From: a virus
Taxonomy: Duplodnaviria > Caudoviricetes
IMG/VR virus record: IMGVR_UViG_3300042346_000140
Coordinates: 1 to 24,921 of that record
DNA: 24,921 nt
Strand: one strand, 5' to 3'
The position numbers and the translations under genes are program-made. This document shows positions 8,879 to 16,061 of the stretch, piece after piece (position 1 is the first letter of the stretch; each line of letters opens with the position of its first letter). Below the pieces are notes generated by a model. It did not search any database. It worked only from the letters and a program-made list of their open reading frames with translations, and was not told the DNA's origin.

Positions 8879-9457
8879 ATGGCAGCAGTAACTAGGAGAT
8901 CTTATGCAGGTGCAGCACCAGCGTGCACTCTTACTAGCTCCATAACTTCTGGCGACACTACTGCTTCGCTTACTGGTACGGTAACTGCTTGGCCTACTAC
9001 TGCTGGTGGACCATTTCATATGGTTATTGATCCAGGTCTTTCAACAGAAGAAAAAATTCTTGTTGGTTCACGATCAACTGGATCGCTTTCGTCTATTACT
9101 CGTGGTGTAGACGGCACTACTGCTGTTTCGCATTCTGCTGGCGCTACTTGTTACCCTGTTTTTACAGCGAGTGACGCTGATGAGGCGAATACTCTTGCTT
9201 CAACAATGACTACTCGTGGCGATTTGTTGACGATGGGTTCTGGTCCTACGGTTGCCCGTATTGCTTTAGGTGCTTCGGGTACGGTGTTAAAGTCGGATGG
9301 TACGGATGCTTCGTGGGCGACTATTGTTGCGGCGAACATCGCTACTGATGCTGTAACTACCGTAAAGATTCAAGATACAGCAGTAACATTTTCTAAACTT
9401 GAATCTAGTATCACACAAAACGATCAATTTATTTTAAGCAATTTAATATTCGGATAA
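8879..9457 (+). CDS. tail fibre proximal/adaptor protein
   Basis: TRGVDGTTAVSHSAGA motif, TTRGDLL...ARIALGASGTVLKSDGT fibre repeat and IATDAVTTVKI repeats; SD AGGAG. Confidence 0.7.
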   Translation: MAAVTRRSYAGAAPACTLTSSITSGDTTASLTGTVTAWPTTAGGPFHMVIDPGLSTEEKILVGSRSTGSLSSITRGVDGTTAVSHSAGATCYPVFTASDADEANTLASTMTTRGDLLTMGSGPTVARIALGASGTVLKSDGTDASWATIVAANIATDAVTTVKIQDTAVTFSKLESSITQNDQFILSNLIFG

Positions 9458-9472
9458 CACAGGAGATAACAC

Positions 9473-9832
9473 ATGGCAACATTCAGCAAATCTATTCTAA
9501 GTGGTTCAACTGATGGCAAAGGTATTAAGGTTGTTCAGACCGCTACGGCTGGTACAACGATTCATACTGGTTCATCTACGGCTGCGACTTTGCATGAGGT
9601 TTGGTTGTATGCGGTAAACAGTTCTGCATCAGATGTAAAATTGACGATTGAGTGGGGCGAGGCTACTGCACCTGATGGCAATATCGAATACACAGTTAAG
9701 GCCGAGAACGGTTTGTATTTAATTGTTCCTGGTTTAATTCTTAAAGGTAACGCTACGCCTTTGGTTGTTAAAGCGTTTGCTGCTACTGCAAACGTTATCG
9801 TAATTCACGGGTACGTTAACGTAATAGCGTAA
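9473..9832 (+). CDS. small beta-rich tail/fibre-associated virion protein
   Basis: 119 aa with strong SD AGGAG, within the fibre module. Confidence 0.6.
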   Translation: MATFSKSILSGSTDGKGIKVVQTATAGTTIHTGSSTAATLHEVWLYAVNSSASDVKLTIEWGEATAPDGNIEYTVKAENGLYLIVPGLILKGNATPLVVKAFAATANVIVIHGYVNVIA

Positions 9833-9841
9833 GGTCTAGCA

Positions 9842-10705
9842 ATGTCTAGGATTCTTAGAAACACATTAGGCGGTAAAGCTGTTAGTGGTGGTGCGTTGGC
9901 TCCACGTACTAACAAAACAAATACAACCAATCAAGCTAATGATTTACGACTTGGCGGCAGTAGTGGTAATCCTCCCGTGTCTGTTGATTTCCTTATTGTT
10001 GCAGGTGGTGGTGCAGCAAGTTTCCCTGGAGGTGGCGGTGGTGGGTATCGCACAAGTGTTGGGACATCAGGAGGAGGGGCATCAGCAGAACCAAAAATAA
10101 CTATTAGTGCAGGTACACAATATACAGCAACTGTCGGTGCGGCAAGTGGTAATAATTCTAGTTTTGCTGGTTCTGGATTAACAACAATTACATCTATTGG
10201 CGGTGGTGGTGGCGGATACGCAGTCTCTGGTGGTAGCGGTGGTGGCGGTGTTGGCGGAACTAGAGGTTTGGGTACTGCTGGGCAAGGCACTAATGGCGGT
10301 TTTGGTGAAGATGGTGTTGTGCAATACACATCTGGTGGTGGCGGTGGTGGTGCGGCTGGCGGTGGCAGTAATTCGTTTGGCGGCGGTTGCGGTTTGGGTA
10401 CTGCTGGAAGTGGCGGTAGTGGGCAAACGAGCAGTATTTCTGGGTCGAGCATAACGTACGCTGGCGGAGGCGGAGGAATTAGTAATCAAGGCAGTCCTGG
10501 GGGACAGGGTGCTGGGTCTGGCACAACAGCCAATCGTGGTGGTGGTAGTGGTGGTGGTTCAGGTGCGGGCGGTAGCGGGGTGGTTATTTTACGCTATGCA
10601 GATTCTTTTGATTTAGCATCAGCAACTACTGGTTCGCCAACAGTAACTACTGCTGGTGGTTATCGTATTTATGTTTTCACGGGAACAGGAACTATAACTT
10701 TCTAA
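9842..10705 (+). CDS. glycine-rich tail fibre / receptor-binding protein
   Basis: VDFLIVAGGG, poly-Gly tracts, YAGGGGG, GGSGVVILRY and YRIYVFTGTGTITF: a Gly-rich (polyglycine II) domain. Confidence 0.8.
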   Translation: MSRILRNTLGGKAVSGGALAPRTNKTNTTNQANDLRLGGSSGNPPVSVDFLIVAGGGAASFPGGGGGGYRTSVGTSGGGASAEPKITISAGTQYTATVGAASGNNSSFAGSGLTTITSIGGGGGGYAVSGGSGGGGVGGTRGLGTAGQGTNGGFGEDGVVQYTSGGGGGGAAGGGSNSFGGGCGLGTAGSGGSGQTSSISGSSITYAGGGGGISNQGSPGGQGAGSGTTANRGGGSGGGSGAGGSGVVILRYADSFDLASATTGSPTVTTAGGYRIYVFTGTGTITF

Positions 10706-11049
10706 TGGCACATTTTGCAGAAATAGATGATAACAATACGGTTTTAAGAGTTATTTCCGTTCATGACAACGAGGAAGCAAACGGTTCTGAATTTTGTCAT
10801 AACTTATTTGGTGGTCAATGGATTCAAACAAGTTACAATTCAAGGATACGAAAACACTTTGCATTTCCTGGTTGCAAATATGACCCCGTAGAAGATAAGT
10901 TTATTTTGCCGCAACCATATCCTTCATGGACTCTTGATAGTGACGAAAACTGGCAACCACCAACACCAATGCCAAGCGAAGGCGGTTGGTGGTGGAGTGA
11001 AACAGATCAAGTTTGGAAACCTTTAACTAGAGGTATTGAGCAGGTATAA
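10705..11049 (+). CDS. conserved partner of Gly-rich fibre (putative fibre assembly/tip protein)
   Basis: MAHFAEID...WIQTSYN...PQPYPSWTLD...WQPPTPMP; TAATG-coupled to the Gly-rich gene. Confidence 0.7.
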   Translation: MAHFAEIDDNNTVLRVISVHDNEEANGSEFCHNLFGGQWIQTSYNSRIRKHFAFPGCKYDPVEDKFILPQPYPSWTLDSDENWQPPTPMPSEGGWWWSETDQVWKPLTRGIEQV

Positions 11050-11054
11050 ATATA

Positions 11055-11321
11055 ATGGTAATTATAACCGAAGCGGAAAGAGTTTTTGTATATAAAAGTT
11101 TGCAAGTAAGTAAATATGTGCTTAACAAAGGTGAAGGGTTGCCAAAGCACGAGCATAAATTTAACCATTTAACAATGTGTGTATTGGGTTCTTGTGTAGT
11201 AAGAAAAGAAAATGTTGAAATAATTTTACATCCAGAAGATAACGCAATAGATTTGGTTGCAAATCAATGGCACGAAATTGAAGCATTAGAAGATAACACC
11301 GTTCTTGTAAATATAGAGTAA
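11055..11321 (+). CDS. cupin-fold protein
   Basis: PKHEHKFNH...G and WHEIEALEDNTV cupin motifs. Confidence 0.8.
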   Translation: MVIITEAERVFVYKSLQVSKYVLNKGEGLPKHEHKFNHLTMCVLGSCVVRKENVEIILHPEDNAIDLVANQWHEIEALEDNTVLVNIE

Positions 11322-11325
11322 CGAT

Positions 11326-12843
11326 GTGGGTTGCAATTTAACTAGGTGGCTGATACCGCTACCAGCAATCCTGTTTGCAGTTTTCCCACAAACCGCCAAC
11401 GCTGAACCAACACCAGGGTTAGCAACCACCTATTACACAATCGACGAAATACCACCAGTTCAATCCACAACCGAATACCCTGTTTGCGGTACTGAGACAG
11501 AGAACAACATCAACCGTTCCTATGACGGTGAACCGTACGAGAACTGCACAGGCGACCTGTTCATGGTCCACATGACAGGCTACATAAACATCCCTGAACA
11601 CAACACGATTGAGTTTTGGTTGGCATCAGATGACGGCGGTGAGATAACTATTGACGGCAACACGTTCGGTGTTTGGAATGACCAAGGCTGCTCAGCAACT
11701 TTGTCTGGTGAACTGGAACTTGAGGCAGGTAGCCAGCCTTTAGAACTATGGATGTATGAGAACGGTGGCGGAACCTGTCTAATGCTCGCCTGGAACATCA
11801 ACGGTCAAGGCTGGGAAATGATCCCCGACTCTGCGTTTACAACAACGACTTCACCGACGACAACAACGCCCACCATAACAACCACATCATCGACAATAAC
11901 CACAACAACCCTGCCAGAGACCACAACAACATCTTCATCTTCGTCTTCATCTTCCTCCTCGTCTACCACTACATCTAGTACTACAACTACTACAATTCAG
12001 GAGACAACCACTACATCATGGGCCCCAACTACAACATCCACGGAGTCGACGACGACAAGTACTACTACTGTAGTTCAAACGACTGTCCCTGTAACGACAA
12101 CTACGACATTTTTGCCAGTAGCCACGGCAACGACAACGACAACAGAAGTGCCAGAACCCACGGTAACGACCCTTCCTGAAGAAGAAGAAGAGGTGTCAGA
12201 AGATACTCTAGAAACAACTACTTCTACTCCTGAGGAGACTTATCCAGAAGAGACTTATCCTGAGGAGACTTATCCTGAAGATACTTCCGTTGAAGAGATT
12301 GCTCCTGACGAAACAGATGCCCCAACAACAACAGAATCGCCAGAGGAATATACACCAGATACAACAGAAGTAGAAGAACCGTATTCATCATCTACTACCT
12401 TACCTGATATCCCAGTTGATGAGCCAGTTACTGACGAGCAAATAGAGGAGATCTTGGATACTCTTATTGAGGCTGAACCTGAGCAGATCGTTGCTGCTAT
12501 TACCCAGGTGTTGGCTGCAGAGATTACCTCAGATCAAGCTACTGAGATTGCTTCAAGTCCTGAGGTGTTAGCTGCCATTACGGAGGATCAAGCTGAGCAG
12601 TTGTTTGAGCAGATTGAAGTAGAGGAGCTAACTGAGGAACAGTTAGAAGAGTTTACGGAAGCTATTCAAGAAGCCCCTACTAAAGTCAAGAAGGCGTTTG
12701 AGAAAACCATTGATATCTTTGGCTCCCAGTTTGAGGACTACGTGCCTACAGGCTCGAGCATCCCCGTTAAGACACGTAGAACCCTTGTAGCTGCTGGTGC
12801 TTTAATCGCAGCAATGCCATCTACTAGTATTAAACGTAAATGA
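11326..12843 (+). CDS. secreted/membrane-anchored PA14-domain protein with Thr/Ser-rich and acidic stalk
   Basis: Signal peptide ending A-N-A; PA14 motifs TGYINIP, SDDG and YENGGG; mucin-like T/S tract; PEETY repeats; C-terminal hydrophobic then basic tail. Confidence 0.8.
   Translation: MGCNLTRWLIPLPAILFAVFPQTANAEPTPGLATTYYTIDEIPPVQSTTEYPVCGTETENNINRSYDGEPYENCTGDLFMVHMTGYINIPEHNTIEFWLASDDGGEITIDGNTFGVWNDQGCSATLSGELELEAGSQPLELWMYENGGGTCLMLAWNINGQGWEMIPDSAFTTTTSPTTTTPTITTTSSTITTTTLPETTTTSSSSSSSSSSSTTTSSTTTTTIQETTTTSWAPTTTSTESTTTSTTTVVQTTVPVTTTTTFLPVATATTTTTEVPEPTVTTLPEEEEEVSEDTLETTTSTPEETYPEETYPEETYPEDTSVEEIAPDETDAPTTTESPEEYTPDTTEVEEPYSSSTTLPDIPVDEPVTDEQIEEILDTLIEAEPEQIVAAITQVLAAEITSDQATEIASSPEVLAAITEDQAEQLFEQIEVEELTEEQLEEFTEAIQEAPTKVKKAFEKTIDIFGSQFEDYVPTGSSIPVKTRRTLVAAGALIAAMPSTSIKRK
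12229..12288 (+). repeat. 4 x 15-bp tandem repeat (PEETY)
   Basis: CCTGAGGAGACTTAT / CCAGAAGAGACTTAT / CCTGAGGAGACTTAT / CCTGAAGATACTTCC. Confidence 0.9.
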
Positions 12844-13007
12844 AACGGATTGTAACCTACATTATGGAGAACACCTGGACATGGGTGGGAACGGGCATGG
12901 TTTTAATTACTTTGTCTGGTCCAACTTTGCGTCAAGCTCTGTTGCTTACTGGTGTGGGTATTTTAATTCATTCATTAATATCCCTTACACAGAAAGACAC
13001 AGAATGA
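12840..13007 (+). CDS. 55-aa two-TM membrane protein
   Basis: Not in the ORF track. MKRIVTYIMENTWTWVGTGMVLITLSGPTLRQALLLTGVGILIHSLISLTQKDTE, with 4-nt overlaps with both neighbours. Confidence 0.75.
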   Translation: MKRIVTYIMENTWTWVGTGMVLITLSGPTLRQALLLTGVGILIHSLISLTQKDTE

Positions 13008-13249
13008 ACTCAATGATTGCTAAAACTTTGGACCTTTCACAACGACTTGTTTCGTTGTTTATTGCATCGGCTTTGCCGATTATTACTGGTGGTGCAATCC
13101 TTGGAGTAGATGTAGTTAAGTCTGCTGGTGTTGCTGGACTTACAGCTTTGTTTGGTGTGGTACAGAAACTTGCTGCTGCTTCAGTTGATGGTGAACTTAC
13201 ATCAGAAGAAATCTCTGCTGCTTTCGGTACTAAAACTAAGAAGAAGTAA
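13004..13249 (+). CDS. putative holin
   Basis: Start moved to ATG 13004 (ATGA overlap). Two hydrophobic segments and a KTKKK tail, directly before the endolysin. Confidence 0.7.
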   Translation: MNSMIAKTLDLSQRLVSLFIASALPIITGGAILGVDVVKSAGVAGLTALFGVVQKLAAASVDGELTSEEISAAFGTKTKKK

Positions 13250-13797
13250 TGAAAAAGAATTGGCCTATCGTTAAGGTTGTATTGCCTGCGGATCTTAAAG
13301 GTGTAAAACCTGGTGCCCTTCCAGACTCACTTCTCCGAGACATTCAACCTTACGGTAGGCTTCATTGGCGTGCAGCTGATGCATATCATGCGATGCGTGC
13401 AAAGGCGTTAGCTGATGGGATTAAACCGTTTAAGCCTACGTCTGCGGGGGATACATACCGTACGCTTGCTATGCAAACAACAGCATTCTTGCAGCGTTAT
13501 CAGAAAGAACCTATTGCTGGTGCTTCAACTCGTACTTGGGATGGTGTTAAGTGGTACAAGAAGTCTGAGAAGTTAGCGTCGCTTGCGGCGCCAGGTACGT
13601 CTCAACATAATCTTGCTATTGCTGTGGATATCAGCGAGGCAAGTGGTAAACGTTTTGAGTGGATGCTTGCTAACGCACCAGCGTTTGGATTTAGCTGGGA
13701 AGTAGTTCCAGAAGAACCATGGCATTTGCGTTTGGTAACTGGGGATAACCCTACTCCTGCTGTGCAGGCATGGGTTGATGCACAGAAAGCCGTATGA
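13249..13797 (+). CDS. endolysin, peptidase M15 (VanY-like D-Ala-D-Ala carboxypeptidase fold)
   Basis: YR...Q, PGTSQH...D and EPWH Zn-binding/catalytic motifs. Confidence 0.88.
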   Translation: MKKNWPIVKVVLPADLKGVKPGALPDSLLRDIQPYGRLHWRAADAYHAMRAKALADGIKPFKPTSAGDTYRTLAMQTTAFLQRYQKEPIAGASTRTWDGVKWYKKSEKLASLAAPGTSQHNLAIAVDISEASGKRFEWMLANAPAFGFSWEVVPEEPWHLRLVTGDNPTPAVQAWVDAQKAV

Positions 13798-13798
13798 G

Positions 13799-14020
13799 AT
13801 GGACGGGGGCTGGGCGCTAGTACTCTCTGCTGTAGTTACTACGGTAGGTGGAGTGTTGGTTGCTTTAATTGCACAGTTCCGTAAAGAGAACAAAGAAGAT
13901 CACGCTGTAGTTGCGGGGATGCTTTCCCATATATATAGAAGTGTAGGAAGAGTTGAAACGAAGGTGGACAAAGTTGAGAACAAACTCAACGACCACATCA
14001 AGGAACATAACCGCAGTTAG
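13799..14020 (+). CDS. single-TM coiled-coil membrane protein (lysis cassette)
   Basis: Start moved to ATG 13799. N-terminal TM helix, then RVETKVDKVENKLNDHIKEH coiled coil. Confidence 0.7.
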   Translation: MDGGWALVLSAVVTTVGGVLVALIAQFRKENKEDHAVVAGMLSHIYRSVGRVETKVDKVENKLNDHIKEHNRS

Positions 14021-14021
14021 T

Positions 14022-14173
14022 TAGACCTGTCTGTGCCCCCCGTCGGGTTGCCACAGTCCGACTCCCTATTTCAATCACAGCGCCTTGCCACATGACGTGG
14101 CAATCGACCCAGGTTCCCCTGTTTACGTCCCACCCCTTGCGACAGGGGCACAACCATGCGCCTAATAAATTGT
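14022..14173 (-). ncRNA. candidate structured ncRNA, copy 1 (family unassigned)
   Basis: Multiple nested stems, a minus-strand promoter directly upstream and sequence homology to 24831-24912. The strand is inferred. Confidence 0.6.
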
Positions 14174-14179
14174 GTTCAC

Positions 14180-14208
14180 ACAGTAGCGTAATGCTTGCAA
14201 CTTTGCAA
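14180..14208 (-). promoter_or_regulatory. leftward promoter
   Basis: Minus strand TTGCAA (14208-14203), 17 nt, TACTGT (14185-14180). Confidence 0.6.
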
Positions 14209-14223
14209 CATGTGTACTATAGT
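14195..14223 (+). promoter_or_regulatory. rightward promoter
   Basis: TTGCAA (14195-14200), 17 nt, TATAGT (14218-14223). Confidence 0.7.
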
Positions 14224-14230
14224 TTCATCG

Positions 14231-14277
14231 TAGCCCAGAGGGGTTTTGGTTCTTCCCTTCCTTTGCCCTCTGGGTTA
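14231..14277 (+). promoter_or_regulatory. 5' leader hairpin with pyrimidine-rich anti-SD loop
   Basis: 12-bp stem TAGCCCAGAGGG/CCCTCTGGGTTA. Loop TCTTCCC can pair with the SD GGGAGGA (14290-14296). Confidence 0.6.
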
Positions 14278-14299
14278 CACTTAACAAACGGGAGGAAAC

Positions 14300-14500
14300 A
14301 TGAGTAAATTCAAAGAATCGTTGAAAACAAAAATCAAAGTAAATCCACGGGAAGCAATCAAACAATTACTTGATAAAGAATCGTACGCAGATTTTGAAGC
14401 AGCTTTGAAAGATCAATCTGTTTCATCGGCAGCCATTGGATCCACGCTCCGAGAGTTCGGGGTACAAGTATCCAACATGACTATCCAACGCTGGAGATAA
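14300..14500 (+). CDS. small helical, possibly HTH-like protein
   Basis: Strong SD GGGAGG; C-terminal SSAAIGSTLREFGVQVSNMTIQRWR resembles a helix-turn-helix. Confidence 0.6.
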   Translation: MSKFKESLKTKIKVNPREAIKQLLDKESYADFEAALKDQSVSSAAIGSTLREFGVQVSNMTIQRWR

Positions 14501-14501
14501 C

Positions 14502-15491
14502 GTGAGCAAATTCAATGAGGTTATCCAACTCGAAAGTAATCTAATTGAATTAAAGAAAGCATTGTTGCATAGCCAAAGAGCTGAAGCAAAAGCAAAGTTC
14601 AAGACAGCCAACCTAATAGAAGCTGTGTATGAAGCAGCAGCTAACTCGCTGCTATCCACTCCACGCCCAAAGATTATTCCTCCACTCAAGGATGCAAGGA
14701 AAGGTAAACCAGAAGTAGCTCTTGTTCATCTTACCGATTGGCAAGCTGGCAAGAAAACTATTTCATACGACATCCCTGCGTTGTCGTCCCGCATGGAGGC
14801 GATGATCAAAAAGGTGTTGTCTCTTACCGAGATTCAACGAGCACATCATCCAGTTAGGGAATGCGTAGTGATGCTGGGTGGCGACATGGTGGAGGGTGTT
14901 GGAATATTTCCAGGCCAACAATATGAGGTGAGCGCACATCTATACGAACAGTTGTTCGAGGTGGTTCGCATCATTGAGGGATGCATTCGCTCGCTTGCCC
15001 AATCGTTTGAGAAAGTCACAGTCGTGTGTGAGTTTGGCAACCATGGCAGACTAGGTAAAAAAGGTGAGATGCCAGCAGGTGACAACATTGATCGCATGGC
15101 TTACCAAATTGCTGCAAACAACTGCAAAGATATCAAGCACGTCAAGTGGCAGATGTCGGATGATTGGTATCAGATCTTCCATATCGGAAACTACAAAGTG
15201 TTATTGGTGCACGGTGACGAGATCGGTTCATTCGGAAACATCTTGCGCAAAGTATCAGCTTGGTCCACGGGTGTAGTAGAACCATTTGATGATTGCTACA
15301 TGGGGCACTTCCACACCCCAACCGCATTAACTATGGCTAATGGTGGGCGCATCTTTGTTACGGGTTCACCAGAATCACACAACGAATACGCACGCACATT
15401 CATTGCTGCCGTGGGCAAACCATCGCAACGCATCCACTTCATTGACCCAGACAAAGGGCGCGTGACCGCAGAGTACGTGTGCTGGCTATGA
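14502..15491 (+). CDS. calcineurin-like metallophosphoesterase
   Basis: Motifs TDWQ, GGDMVEG, GNHGR, HGD and GHFH; N-terminal coiled coil. Confidence 0.88.
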   Translation: MSKFNEVIQLESNLIELKKALLHSQRAEAKAKFKTANLIEAVYEAAANSLLSTPRPKIIPPLKDARKGKPEVALVHLTDWQAGKKTISYDIPALSSRMEAMIKKVLSLTEIQRAHHPVRECVVMLGGDMVEGVGIFPGQQYEVSAHLYEQLFEVVRIIEGCIRSLAQSFEKVTVVCEFGNHGRLGKKGEMPAGDNIDRMAYQIAANNCKDIKHVKWQMSDDWYQIFHIGNYKVLLVHGDEIGSFGNILRKVSAWSTGVVEPFDDCYMGHFHTPTALTMANGGRIFVTGSPESHNEYARTFIAAVGKPSQRIHFIDPDKGRVTAEYVCWL

Positions 15492-15658
15492 GACTTGTGT
15501 GCCAGAAGTGCAAGGCAATCCTTGAGTATGACGACACAAAGATGGTCTCATGTCTCTGCGACCCAGATGCCCCGACATGGATAGCAATAACCCGCGAGGG
15601 TCGAATCATATCCATGTCTCACGCTAGCTACGAATACCTACCAAGGGCGCAAGCATGA
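15488..15658 (+). CDS. 56-aa Zn-ribbon protein
   Basis: Not in the ORF track. MRLVCQKCKAILEYDDTKMVSCLCDPDAPTWIAITREGRIISMSHASYEYLPRAQA; ATGA overlap; CxxC...CxC. Confidence 0.7.
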   Translation: MRLVCQKCKAILEYDDTKMVSCLCDPDAPTWIAITREGRIISMSHASYEYLPRAQA

Positions 15659-15739
15659 CACATACACGCGCGCGCCTGTGCGCGTGCATAAATAAAGGTG
15701 TGCCCCCGCGCGGCCCAATCTGCGGGGAGAAACCAGACG

Positions 15740-16033
15740 ATGACGAAGAATGAGCTCACCTATATATATGTGACGTGGATCGACGCGCACTCGGGTAGCG
15801 AAACGTGGACCAACATACGCGACCTTGACCAAGAACCCGTGCTCGTGCGCACGGCAGGATTCCTACTACCGCAATCAGATGGTGGCAAGGAAGGGCACAT
15901 CACCATATATCAGAGCATCACCCCGAACGATGATGTAGATCATGTTCTACACATACCGACGGCGATGGTCAAAGAATTCAAGTGCATCCAAATAAATCTT
16001 GAATCAAAGGTTGTGTCCATCCCCCTGACGTGA
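15740..16033 (+). CDS. conserved phage hypothetical protein (VxWxDA motif)
   Basis: Start moved to ATG 15740 (SD GGGGAG). YVTWIDAHS...RTAGFLL...HIPTAMV. Confidence 0.7.
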   Translation: MTKNELTYIYVTWIDAHSGSETWTNIRDLDQEPVLVRTAGFLLPQSDGGKEGHITIYQSITPNDDVDHVLHIPTAMVKEFKCIQINLESKVVSIPLT

Positions 16034-16039
16034 TACGTT
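16011..16039 (+). promoter_or_regulatory. putative promoter of recombination module
   Basis: TTGTGT, 17 nt, TACGTT with extended TG; SD GAAAGGA downstream. Confidence 0.45.
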
Positions 16040-16061
16040 TGTATTACACGAAAGGAAGAGG

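Noticed and set aside
5572-10489. Long minus-strand ORFs (5572..6144, 9931..10452, 10178..10489 and similar elsewhere, e.g. 4261..4629, 16004..16513)
   Set aside because: Antisense shadows of Lys-, Gly- or Thr-rich + strand genes, with no SD or recognisable motifs.
12739-12843. VPTG as a sortase LPxTG signal
   Set aside because: The motif does not match the spacing and is separated from the hydrophobic stretch by basic residues.
12881-13003. Long N-terminus of the holin ORF in the track
   Set aside because: It overlaps a better 2-TM ORF (12840-13007) in another frame; ATGA coupling supports 13004.
14022-14173. tRNA, tmRNA, or HDV/hammerhead ribozyme identity for the structured elements
   Set aside because: No cloverleaf with TTC loop and CCA end, and no hammerhead CUGAUGA/GAAA core. 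An HDV nested double pseudoknot could not be fitted by eye. Left unassigned pending an Rfam scan.
14092-14307. 71-aa ORF across the intergenic region
   Set aside because: No SD, atypical composition, and it crosses both promoters and the structured elements.
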